Assembly (NCBI RefSeq): GCF_963921235.1
Contig: NC_086108.1
Coordinates: forward strand, 92,506,001 to 92,570,000
Direction of reading: 5' to 3'
Length of the DNA: 64,000 nt
Origin: Mobula hypostoma
Lineage: Eukaryota
How positions within the stretch are numbered: position 1 is the first letter of the stretch; each line of letters starts with the position of its first letter. This document shows positions 12,001-23,581 of this stretch, piece by piece. The translations under genes were made by a program, and so were the position numbers. The notes under the pieces are model-generated. The model saw nothing but the letters and a program-made list of their open reading frames with translations. It did not search any database and was not told the origin of the DNA.

Positions 12001-12480
12001 TGTGCTTTAAGTTTGCACACTAATCTCCTATGTGGGACCTTGTCAAAAGCCTTTTGAAAATCCAAATATACCACATCCACTGGTTCTCCCCTATCCACTC
12101 TACTAGTTACATCCTCAAAAAATTCTATGAGATTCGTCAGACATGATTTTCCTTTCACAAATCCATGCTGACTTTGTCCGATCATTTCACCGCTTTCCAA
12201 ATGTGCTGTTATCACATCCTTGATAACTGACTCCAGCAGTTTCCCCACCACCGACGTTAGGCTAACCGGCCTATAATTCCCCGGTTTCTCTCTCCCTCCT
12301 TTTTTAAAAAGTGGGGTTACATTAGCCACCCTCCAATCCTCAGGTCGGAAGGGATTGAACAAGGGGTGATAAAACAGTGTCGAGGTATGCAGAAATGAGT
12401 TCAGTGGGGCAGGAGCAAGCTGAGACAATAGGTCGGCCAGGACAGGCAGGTTTGTGGATCTTGGGTAGGAGGTAGAAATG
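9033..12480 (-). mobile_element. Penelope-like element (RT + GIY-YIG endonuclease), 5'-truncated, interrupted by a CR1
   Basis: ORF 9428-10868 has FTIDVQSLYTSIP, GVAMGTRMGPSYA, FLRYIDD and GIY-YIG VIYCVRCSRCGLLYIGET. The N-terminal continuation [19 protein letters not shown] at 12344-12478 rejoins in frame. The terminal region carries a hammerhead motif at 9098-9133. Confidence 0.95.
10869..12343 (-). mobile_element. Young 5'-truncated CR1 LINE (uninterrupted RT-domain ORF2 fragment)
   Basis: [59 protein letters not shown]. The 3' tail is (CTATGTTT)n. Confidence 0.97.
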
Positions 12481-12835
12481 TCTACTTTATTGTTGCTGAT
12501 CGAGAGATCACTGCAGGCTAAGAAAACTGAGCGAACATCTTTGCTGATTTTGGTGTAGATTCTTCTACATGTGTAATTTCTAACTGGAGGACAACAGTTC
12601 TGATGATGTAATACTTCACTGTACTGGAGTATTGCATCATCGGAGCTGATTCCAGCAGCTGGAGTTCCCTTCAGAAGTCGGCAGAAGGCTCATTCATGGG
12701 ATTGGTTGAAATAAATGGTGTTAAAACATTGATGTAATTTTTCTGTCAGTTGTTCCACTGTCACCAGTTGCTGCCTAAAGTCAGAGATTAGCCATTAACA
12801 GATTTAAATTGGATCTTGCCAATTTTTAGTGAAAT

Positions 12836-13088
12836 TCAATGGCATCAGTGCCGGACTCCGGAGCGAAGGTTCCCAAGTTTGAATCCAAGTCAGGCCACCC
12901 CCGAGCACGCTTTCCATCCATGCTGGGTTGAGGGTTGAGCGTCGAGCTAGCCACTTGGCCTCGTGAAAAAACAAGGGTCAAGTCAGGAACGTTCATATCG
13001 TGACCCGGTTAATCCGAAAGGAGACCAATCCTGATAGTACGCGCCAGACTAGAATGGCTGACTGTCTGGTGCGACACGATTTTAAAAA
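12836..13088 (+). mobile_element. tRNA-derived SINE
   Basis: tRNA-like head with B box GTTTGAATCC. Head and middle are shared with the minus-strand copy at 27905-28090. A-rich end. Confidence 0.7.
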
Positions 13089-13504
13089 AGTGATAAATAT
13101 AGAATCCTACAACTTCATCTAGGTAAAACTGAATGAAACTTTATTTGTGACTGAATTGTTGGTTTCACAAGCCTTGCACACCATTCATACAGATCAATTC
13201 ATTAGAACACTAGGCCCTCTACTTCCTGTGCTCCAGCTCATGGTTAATTGAGATACAAGCCATTACGGATGTATCATCTACAAACTTGTAGATGGAGTTC
13301 AAGCAGAATCTGGCCACGCTGTCGTAAGGGTCCAAGGACACTGCCCTGTGAACACCAGTGATGAGGATAATCATAACAGGGATGTTGTCATCTATCTTTG
13401 TAGTCTGTTTGTCAGGAAATCAGGGATCTAGTTGCAAAGGAAGGTGTTGAATCTCAGCTGAGGAATTTGTGATGAGTTTTCATGGAATTATGGTATTCAA
13501 AGGT

Positions 13505-14066
13505 TCCTTAAGGTTGTTATAGCCAGGGGCGGCGATGGGGACAAGCTCCCACTACCTACTAAATGCTCCCAATGGCGTGCGCCTCAAATAGCCACTGAAA
13601 ACCAAGTCCAGCTCCTGGCCTTCACATGTGGCTTAGCTACTAAGCCCAGCGGGATTGTTTCTACCGACAGGAGAAGGGACAAAGGTGGGTTACTGGCACC
13701 TTAAAACCAGTTGCTTTGTGAGGATGAGGCTCATCAGCCATGGTTGGCAAGTCAGCCAGGAGAAGGAAAACTCTGATTGCAAACCCCCACTGCCTTGCGG
13801 TTATACCCACTCACGGAGAAGGCTTTAGGAGTAAATTCCAAGGGAAAAGTCCGGAGCTGGAGTCCCTAGGACAGTCCTACATTGAACTCAAGGCTGACTG
13901 GCAACTCCTGCATCACTGCTGGTACCAATCTGTATCAGTCTCTGCTGTTCCTTTGGGTTCATCAACTGCACGGAGAAAGGGAACTTGCTACGTGGGTAAC
14001 AGCTTGCTCTTCATATCGTACTGCCCAGGCTTGCGTATCTAGACAGCTAGGATGCAAAACCCATGC
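13505..14066 (+). mobile_element. Probable RTE-clade 5' UTR-like / non-autonomous element inserted in a Rex1 remnant
   Basis: Non-coding block with the motif GGAGAAGGAAAACTCTGA, recalled from RTE 5' regions. Flanked on both sides by Rex1-like antisense RT remnants. Confidence 0.4.
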
Positions 14067-14289
14067 TCAACTCAGGGTCAGATGAAATTGAAAGTGCAGC
14101 TGTGTCAATAAGCAATAGCCTATATCGGTGTCTTCACTGTCTACATACTCCAGACTTGAGTGTAGAGCCAGGGAGATGGCATCTGGAGTAGACTTGTTCT
14201 GATAATAATTGGAGTGTGTCAAGGTTGTCTCAGAGGCTGGCGTTAATGTTTGCCATGACCGGCCTCTCAAAGCACTTACTAAAGAATTT

Positions 14290-15415
14290 CATACCACCAT
14301 TTGTGTGAAAAAGTTGTGCCCCCCCCCCCACAATTTCCTATCAATCTCTCTCCCATCTCACCTTATACCTATGCCCTCTACTACTTGATTCCCCAATCCT
14401 GGGAAAAGGACTGAGTGCATCCATCATCTATTCCCCTCATGATTTTATACATCTCTATATGATCACCTCTTACTCTCCTATGTTCCAAGGAGTAAAGTCC
14501 TAACCTGTCCAGCCTCTCCCTATAAATCAGTCCTTCAAATCCTGGCAACATCTTTGTAAATCTTCTCTGCACGCTTTCCAGATTGGTAACATCTTTCTGA
14601 TAGCAGGATGGCCAAAGCTGAACACAATACTCCTAGAGCAGCCTCACCAGCATCCCATACAACTGCACCATGACCTCCCAATTTTTATATTCAGTGCCCT
14701 GACTTATGAAGGCCAGCATGCCAAAAGCCTTCTTCACCACCTGTGACATCTACCTGTAATTCCACTTTCGGGGGACAAGGTGTTTGTACTCCAAGGTCCC
14801 TCTGTTCTGCAGCACTACCCAAAGGCCTACTGTGATAGTCCAACCTGGACTTAACTTTCCAAAATGCAACACCTCACACTTATCCAAATTAAACTGTATT
14901 TACAATTTCTTGGCCCACTTACTTAGCTGACCAAGGTCCCACTGTAATTTTTGATAACCCTTATTTTTCACTTCCTATTTTAGTGTCATCTACAAACTTC
15001 CAAACTCTGCCTTGTTAATTCTTATGCAAATTGTTAATACACGTGATAAACAGCAATGGGCCTAGCACTGACCTCTGAGGCCTACCACTAGTCACAGTTC
15101 TTCAGTCTGAGAAACAACCCTCCACCATCTCCCTCTGCTTTTTACCAGGAAATCAATCATTTATCTAATTAGTCATCTCTCTCTGGATTCCTTGTGATCT
15201 AAACTTCTAGAGCAACCTATCACAAGGAACCTAATAGAAATACTCACTGAAATTCATGTAAATCATGCCTACTACCCTGGCCCCATTGACTTTCTTGGTC
15301 ACATTATTGAAAAACTCAATAAAGTTCATGAGACATGAACTCCCATGCACAAAGCCATGCTGACTAACCAACCTCAGTCTTTCCTGATGCTCATTTACCT
15401 TATCCCTTAGAATCC
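14290..15415 (-). mobile_element. Degenerate CR1 LINE
   Basis: QRRFTKMLPGFEGLIYRERLDRLGLYSLE (14381-14572) and SQHGFVHGSSCLMNFIEFF (15231-15515). Confidence 0.9.
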
Positions 15416-15756
15416 ATTGAGTAAGTAACCTACAAAGGTAAGTTACTGAGTATATATGCAAAATCCCACACATCAGCCTTGATGATATTAATGAAGCGCC
15501 TTGAGGTGTCTCCAATACAGGAGGAGGGAAGAGAACACAAAGGCCTGATAAGTTGTCAGCTTAATTTCAAATTTAACAAAACAAATTCCTTAGATGACCA
15601 GATTGCTATTGCTTAATGACTGGTCCCCAAATGTACCTTTGCCTTATCATATAACTGGGAGCATGCCTAACAATGTGTAAGAGAGACTAAAAGCAACTTT
15701 GTGATCTTGCCTGCATTTGAGTCTTGAACTAACTTTGCTTGTATTTATACAGAAAT

Positions 15757-16200
15757 TTGCCAGAAAAGGTAACATCATGAAGAATCCCACCCACCCTGGT
15801 CATGGACTGTTTGTCGCACTCCCGTCAGGGAGGAGGCTACATAGCATCCACACCAGGACCACCAGATCAAAAACAGTTACTTTCCCCAAACAGTAAGGCT
15901 GATCAACACCTCTATTCACTAACCCACCCCTGCACACCCCCCACCAGCACTACTTTATCATTTTCTGTCAGTCACCTTACTACAGACACTCCTGTGCCTA
16001 GCGTCACTTTATCGACATACAATCAATCTACGTATATAACCTGTCTTATATATTTGCTTTTATTGTGTTTTTTAAATTATTCCTGTGTTCTTTATCTTGT
16101 TTTTTTTTTGAGCTGCATTGGATCTGGAGTAACAATAATTTCGTTCTCTTTTACACTTGTGTACTGGAAATGACATTAAACAATTTTGAACCCTTGAATC
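15757..16200 (+). mobile_element. Rex1/Babar LINE 3' end
   Basis: HPGHGLFVALPSGRRLHSIHTRTTRSKNSYFP-type C-terminus, 3' UTR ending AAATGACATTAAA plus TTGAA repeats. Confidence 0.75.
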
Positions 16201-16651
16201 GTGAATACAGAATTAGTGCTTCCTTCTGAGGGAAAGGGTTAGTGGTGGAAGGAGCAATGTAGTAACGTGTAATAATGTCAAGCTGCGGAGATTTGTAATT
16301 ACTCAGAGTACATAAATTGTTTAATGTCATTTGCACACTTGTTCTGAATCTATAACTACTTAGACAAACTGTGCCTGTAAAATTCATGTGAATAAAATGG
16401 CTTCAAAAGTTTCTAAAAACAAAATTGATTATGTATGGTGCTTTGAAAAAATACAGATAATTTGTGAAAAACTCGTAATACAGCTTTAATAATAGTTTGC
16501 AATAATTGAAGTAGATTTCAGAAACTACCAAACAATTAACTAAACTGCCCAAATTTATGTCAAGGGACTTGTGGATTTATAAAACCAGATTTTAGAATTC
16601 TTTCTGAAGTATCCACAAAGTCATTTTGTATTGTTTGCCACCAGATTTTAT

Positions 16652-16879
16652 TGTGTTGGGCATGTGGCCAAGTGGTTAAGGCGTTCATCTGGTTACCTCA
16701 AGGTCACTAATTCAAGCCCCAGCTGTGGCAGCGTGTTTGTGCCCTTGAGTAAGCCACTTAACCACACATTGCTCTAGTCTGTGCGAGGAGCGGCACCTCA
16801 CACAGACTTCCAATCTGCGCCTTGTAAGGCATGAAAATGCCCGACGCAGACCTCTCATGGTCTGAGTCGACATTCCCTC
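16652..16879 (+). mobile_element. tRNA-derived SINE (copy 1 of an inverted pair)
   Basis: A box TGGCCAAGTGG, B-box-like ATTCAAGCC and central GTGCCCTTGAGTAAG. Reverse complement of 17631-17860. Confidence 0.8.
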
Positions 16880-17630
16880 GCTTTATAGCAACTGATTTAT
16901 TTGTGATCTTCTTTTGTTGCTGCATTCAATCGCATTGCTTTGTTCAATTGTTACAGTTCAAAATCAAAGAAAAGATATAACTTATTGTCAAAATATGTAT
17001 ATTTATTATATACTACCTTGAGCTTAATCTTTTGCAGGAATTTACAGAAATACACGATAGAATTTATGAAAAACTATACATAAAGACTGACAAACAAAAA
17101 ATGTGCAAAAGAAGGCAAATTGTGCAACTTAAAAAATACTGAGAACTTGAGTTGTAGAGTCCTAGAAAGTGAGTCTGTAGGTTGTAAAATCAGTTCAGAG
17201 TTGGGATGAGTGAAGCTATCCATGCTGGTTTAGGAGCCTGATGATTGTAGATTAATAACTGTACCTGAAGTAGCTAGGGTGAGACCTGAGGCTTCCATAT
17301 CTCCTGTCCAAAGGTATTAGCAATAAGAGAGCATTGACTGGATGGTGGTGGTGGCGGCAGTAGTCCTTGCAGATGGATATCGCTTTCTTGTGGCAGCACT
17401 CCGTGTCTATGATTCGCAGCAAGGTGGTGCTGACAAGACAGCACTGTTTTTCAGGCAGCAAACAAAACTACTGACTATTCTGTTATATATACTTTTTCTG
17501 AACTAGGCTCACTTTAATCTGCAGCCTGTAATTTCTCTTTGGGAGTTTAGGTTAGTCATTGTTTTCACTATTGCACATCAAGATTTTTCCCCACACCAAA
17601 CATTAAAAAAATGATGGCACTCAAGGAGGG

Positions 17631-17860
17631 GAGGGAACGTCGACTCAGACCATGAGAGGCCTGCATCGGGCATTTTCATGCCTTACAAGGTGCAGATTGG
17701 AAGTCTGTGTGGGGCGCCACTCCTTGCACAGACACTAGAGCAATGTGTGATTAAGTGCCTTGCTCAAGGACACAAACACACTGCCACAGCTGAGGCTCAA
17801 ACTAGCGACCTTCAGATCACTAGACGAATGCCGTAACCACTTGGCTACGTGCCCAACACA
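17631..17860 (-). mobile_element. tRNA-derived SINE (copy 2 of an inverted pair)
   Basis: Full-length reverse-complement similarity to 16652-16879. Confidence 0.8.
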
Positions 17861-20800
17861 AACTCAAGAGTTGCTGTAATCTGGAAGCCTGCCCATCTCC
17901 TCTTTCTTATCTGGTTCACTGATCACCATCCTTGCTTACAGATTTCAGCATCTGCAGCCCCTTGAGTCTCAACTTATCACCTTCCACAGAGGCTTACACT
18001 CGTGCACCTGGATCAATCTTCACCCTACGTGGATGGGTAATGAAGGACATCTGTGGATGCTGAACTGTCCCAGGTCAGTGGATCCTGGGATGAGCTGCCC
18101 AAGCGAGCAGGAGGCATGGGGGCTGCTGAGACAGTGAGTCTGGAGTCTGGGGTCCCGTCATTGGCTAGTCCAGGAACTGATACCGAAGGCCAAAGCCTGA
18201 AGGTCAATCAGATGTCCCGAAGTCGAACCTGATAGCTGAAGCTTGGAAATTAGAGGCCTTAAGGTTGGTCCAGTCCTGGGGTTGGAGGACTGTTGGTGTG
18301 TGTGAGTGGTTTGAGGGAGGAAAGGGGATTGTTCTGCTGTTTTCTTGTTGTTTGTTGCGTCCTGCCGAGCATTGTGGGCATGCTATGTTGGCGCCGGAGC
18401 TTGTGGTGACACTTGTGGGCAGCCCCCAGCACATTCTTGGTTGTGTTGGTTGTTTAAACAACCGATACATTTCACTGTATCTTCCAATCTATGTGATGAA
18501 TAAATCAAAATCTCTTGACCTGTCTGTAGCTATCATCTACTAGCTGCTTTTTTCCAAATCTAACCTCCCACCTTCCCACTTGCTTCCTCTGTCCGTCATC
18601 TTCCTCCTCAACTGTTTTCACCTTCCTCTTGCTGGTTCCTGCCTCATCCCTCCCTCTACCTCTTTATACCGAGTATCTCACTCCTCCACTAAAGATGTCA
18701 ATAGTCCCTTTGCCTGAACCACTGACTCCCTCCAGCAGTTTATTGTTAGTCTCCATTTAAAAAATGATAAAATATCATATAAGCTCAGATAATGATAATA
18801 ATTAAAATTGCAGGAAAACTAAAATGTTTTCCACTTCTATCAGTCTTCCAGATTATTTATTTCAATTGTTGCCTTTTCACTATTGCTTTGAATTCTTTTT
18901 AACTTAATTTATGTGTGTGCATTAAAGTTGAAAGTAAACGTTATTATCAACGTACATATATGTCACCATATACAACCCTGAGATTCATTTTTCTGCGGGC
19001 ATACTCAGCAAATCTATAGAATAGCAGCTATAACAGGATTAATGAAGGATCAATTACAATACAGAAGACAACAAACTGTGCCAATCCAAATATAAATAAA
19101 TAGTAATAAATAACGAGAACATGAGGTAAAGAGTCCTTAAAATGAGATCATTGGTTATAGAAACATTTCAATGATGGAGCAAGTAAGTGTAGTCATACCC
19201 TTTTGCTCAAGAGCCTGATGGTTGAGGGGTAATAACTGTCCTTGAATCTGGTGGAGCGAGTCCAGAGGGTCTAGTACCTTCTATCTGATGGCAGCAGTGA
19301 GAAGAGAGCACGACCTGACTTGCTTTCCTTTGAGAGCATTTCATGTAGACGTGCTCAATGGTGGGGAGAGCTTTACCCGTGATATACTGGGACTGATCAT
19401 TAACTTTTGTAAGGTTTTCCGTTCATTACAAGTTTCCAAGTGCAAGCTTGCATATATCGTTTATCTATGTGATTGTTGTGCATGTGTGTGTCTGTATAAA
19501 TGTGCAACACACATGAAGTATTTTGTTTCTTTCTGGCTGTTCATTTGGTATTAATTTACTTACATCTATATCTGCTTCTCACTGCTCATCTTAAATTTCC
19601 AGCTGAACTCACATTTCACAGCAAATGGCCATCATGCCTCGTTATTGAGTAACTGCCATAGTTAAAGTGTATAGAAACGCATAGTAACTATTAATATGAC
19701 CAAAAAGGATCCTTTAAAGAGCTTTCAAATGCAACCTATAAGCCACAACCAGTTTTTCAAATTACTAGTACAGCTGCATAAGCACATGCCGCTGTCTGTG
19801 AAGGGAACAAGCCGCAAGCTCACAGCACGAGGCCACTTAGTAGTTGTGCTTTGAAAACTGACAAGACAATCTCTGAACAGATAGTGTACAGAGATATTCT
19901 GTTAAACAATGTGGAATCCCTCAATACCATTGATGCAGTTCAGGGAATTAGTACCAGGCAGGAGAATTGAGCTACCCTGAGCTTTGCACTATTGTATTGC
20001 AGAGAGAGGAATGTACGAGATAAGCGAAGCTTGCGTCTCTAAGCCCAGAGGGAAATCCAGAGAATTCCAAAATGGCTATTCTGCTACGTAGCAGATCAAA
20101 CATGGCCGTGTTCACATTTGTTTCAATGAGATAACACTCAGGGTGCTTGTTTTTCAGAAAACCATCCCATCCCTCACAATACTGTGGTAAAAGAAGAATG
20201 TTCTGGATGTCTGGGTTTTTTGCCCTAGAAATCTTTATGTTATCAACCACCCAATCTCAACAAAGTTATTTAAATATTAGATTAGACCTACCTAAGAGAA
20301 GTTTGGATAGGTACATGGATAGTAGGAGTATGGAAGGCAAGTCAATGGGAGTTAATGGGCTGAAGGGCTTATTTCTGCACTGTACTATTGTATGACTCTG
20401 ACTCCAGAGATGGTTACTGGCTAAGGGTGTGCTCCCATTGTAAATGTATGATTCTATGGAATCACCTGTCCACACCCAAAATATTGAAGTTCACTGTGCA
20501 GTTATGACTATTGAAATTGTACTTACTCATGTTATGATCTTTGTACTTAAAGGATATGAGATATATTTTAAGTTCAGAGGCATATGCTTTCACCAGGTGT
20601 ATTTATACCTGTGTATTTGCTTGCTTGACCTATTACTTGTGTGGGTCTAGTAACTCACTTAAAATTACAACACTTCCCATAAATAAAGCTATCAATAATT
20701 ATTGGCTGGTCATTTTTTTCATTGCTACTCCTCTCTGGGAAAGACAAAAATGTTTTTTTTTAAACCAAACTATTGTTGTTATGCGGATTTAGCTATACCA

Positions 20801-20979
20801 CTCTAAGCCTAGTGCATGCTCCAGATGCAGAATTCAGTATTTTAAATAGTTGTAATTGAGCATAGAGGACAGAGGTTTACTCAGTTAACTTACTTTGGAA
20901 CAAAGTTACAGAGCTTCCAGTACAGGAAAAATGATATTTTTATTTAATACAATAAACAAAATTCAATATAATCATAAAC

Positions 20980-22152
20980 CCAAGAGATTTTGTAGATGCT
21001 GGAAATCCAGAGCACACACACAAAATGCTGGTGGAGCTGAGCAGGTCAGTCAGTATCTATGGAAATGAATGAACAGTTGACGTTTTGACATTTCTGGCCA
21101 AGACCCTTCATCAGAACTGGAAAGGAAGAAGGAAGATGCCAGAGGAAGAAGGAAGATGCTAGAGTAAGAAAGTAGGGGGAGGGGAAGGAGGACACTAGAA
21201 AGTCATAAACACAAAATAATCTTCAGATGCTGGGATCACAGCAACACTCACAACACACTGGAGGAACTCAGCAGGTCAGGCAGCATCCGTGGAAAAGATC
21301 GGTTGATGTTTTGGGCCGGAACCCTTTGTCTGACGATCTTTTCCACGGATGCAGCCCGACCTGCTGAGTTCTTCCAGCGTGTTTTGAGGGACACTAGAAA
21401 GTGATAGGTGAAGCCAGGTAGGTTGGGGAGGGGGTGAAGTAAGACGCTGGGAGGTGATAAGTGGAAAAGGCAAAGGGCTGGAGAAGAAGGAAGGAGGAGG
21501 GACACCAGGGAAAGGTGATAGGCAGGAGAGGATAATAGGTAAGAGGCCAGAGTGGGGAATTGAAGAAGAGGGAATGAGGAGGGGAACAATTTTTTCCGGA
21601 AGTTGGAGACATCAATGTTCATCCCATCAGGTTGGAGGCTGCCTAGAAGAAATATGAGGTGTTGCTCCTCCAACCTGAGACTAGCCTCATCGTGGCTGGA
21701 AAAAGTGGCCACGGACTGACATGTCGGAATGGGAAAGGGGATGGGAATTAAGATGGTTGGCCACTGGGAAATTCCACTTTTTGCAGATGGAGCTGAGGAG
21801 CTTGACAAAGTGGTCCCCCAATCTATGTCAGGTCTCACTACTGTCGAAGAGGCCACATCAGGAGCATTGGACACAGAAGATAACCCCAACAGATTCACAG
21901 GTGAAGGATTATCTGGGGCCTTGAATGGAAGTGAGAGAGGAGATGAACGGGCAAGTGTAGCACTTCTGCCTCTTGCAGTGTTAAGTGCCAGGATGAGATT
22001 AATGGGGAGTGACGAATGGACAAGGAACTCATGGAGGGTGTGATCTCTATGGAAAGCGGAGAATGGGGGCAGAGGGAGAAAGTTGTGTTTGGTGGCGGGG
22101 TCCCATTGAAGATGGTGGTAGTTGCAGAGAATGATGTGTTGGATGCGGAGGC
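20980..22152 (-). mobile_element. Older Penelope-like element 3' part (GIY-YIG end + terminal repeat), with nested mini-insert 21204-21388
   Basis: SHDEASLRLEEQHLIFLLGSLQPDGMNIDVSNFR (ORF 21248-21898). The nested insert has a 14-bp TSD GGACACTAGAAAGT (21190-21203, 21389-21402). Confidence 0.85.
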
Positions 22153-22159
22153 TTGCACA

Positions 22160-22490
22160 AGACCATAAGACATAGGAGCAGAATTAGGAGATTTGACCCA
22201 TCAAGCCTGCTCTGTCTTTCCATCTTGGCTGATTTATTATCCCTCTCAATCCCATTCTCCTGCCTTCTCATGACCTTTGAGACCCTTACTAATCAAGAGC
22301 CTCCACTTTCAATATACCCAGTGACTTGGACTCCACATCTCTCAGTGGCAATGAATTCCACAGATTCACCACCCTCTGGCTAAAGAAATTCCTCCTCATC
22401 TGTGTTCTAAAGGGATGTCCTTCTATTCTGAGACTGTACCCTCTGGTACTAGACTCCCCCACGATAGGAACTATCTTCTCCATGTCCATT
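22160..22490 (-). mobile_element. CR1 3' end
   Basis: TRGYSLRIEGHPFRTQMRRNFFSQRVVNLWNSLP with a (TCTTATGG)-type tail. Confidence 0.85.
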
Positions 22491-23581
22491 CTAACTAGCT
22501 ATTTGGAGACTTGATACTTTCAGTGCAATCATCATTGCATTTCTTATCCAGTTTATTTCAGAAGAGTCCAGAAACGGGATTCATGTTCAGATTAACTACA
22601 AGTAATCTAAAAAGATGCCTCTTAGTCTGCTTTGGTTTTGAAGCTTACCTATGTAATTGTAATAACTTTCTAATAACTGACTTAGCAGGTATGTTAAGAG
22701 CATTTTTCTTTTTGCTCCTGATTATCAATTAGGCATGGACTTGTTAAGGAAAATGTTTTTACATCTTCATCGAGAAAATTGAAAAATGATTTTAAAGCAA
22801 CACACTTTTTCTTCCCATTGAAAATGTGCTGTTGTGATTGTGGTTTCTCAGACCAGGTGAGGTTAAGCAAAGTAGCAGTGCATTCTCTTGCGTTTAGGAG
22901 AGTAAGAGGTAATTACATTGAAACAAACAAAGTTCTTAAATGGTTTGACAAAGTATGTGCAAAAGCAATAGTTCTCCTGGAAGAACATCTGAAACAATGA
23001 ACCACTGTATCAAGAAGGGGATTGGTCATGCAGGACAGAAGTGAAATTTCCTTGCCCTCAGTTTGGTGAATTCTCGAGCCAGGTGTATGGGGTCAGTTTC
23101 TAATTCATGACAGAAAGACCAACAGGTTTATTTGCCCCTGTAAATTACGCTATCATGTAGGTAGCTAGAAAAAGATCCATACAGAAATGTGGTGGGTGTT
23201 TGATGGGAATAAGCACGAGGTGAAAATTGGACTGATGAGATTGATTGGTTGAGAACTATCATAGAACTAATGGGATGAATGGCCTCCAGATGAAAGATGT
23301 CGATCCAAAATGTCCACTGTCCATTTCCCCCCATAGCTGCAGCTTTACCTGCTGAGTTCTTCCTGCTTATTATGTGTTGATCCAGATTCCAGTATCCACA
23401 GTCTCTTGGGCCTTCTAGCGTAATGCTTTACAATACTAAAAGATTAGAGTTCAATGCCTGCTCCTGTCCATCCGTAAGGCGTTTATACGTTCTCCCCATA
23501 CCCACGTGGGTTTCCTCTGGGTGCTCCAGATTCCTTCCACAGCCCAAAGATGTTAGTAAATTGTGCACATGCAAAGTTAGT

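Noticed and set aside
10971..12428. 485-aa ORF as a host gene
   Set aside because: CR1 ORF2 fragment; its first ~28 residues are out-of-frame Penelope sequence.
19972..20250. 92-aa minus-strand ORF in unique sequence, considered as an exon of a neighbouring gene (e.g. TLCD4 or RWDD3)
   Set aside because: No resemblance to either protein as I recall them and no convincing splice sites; likely a chance ORF.
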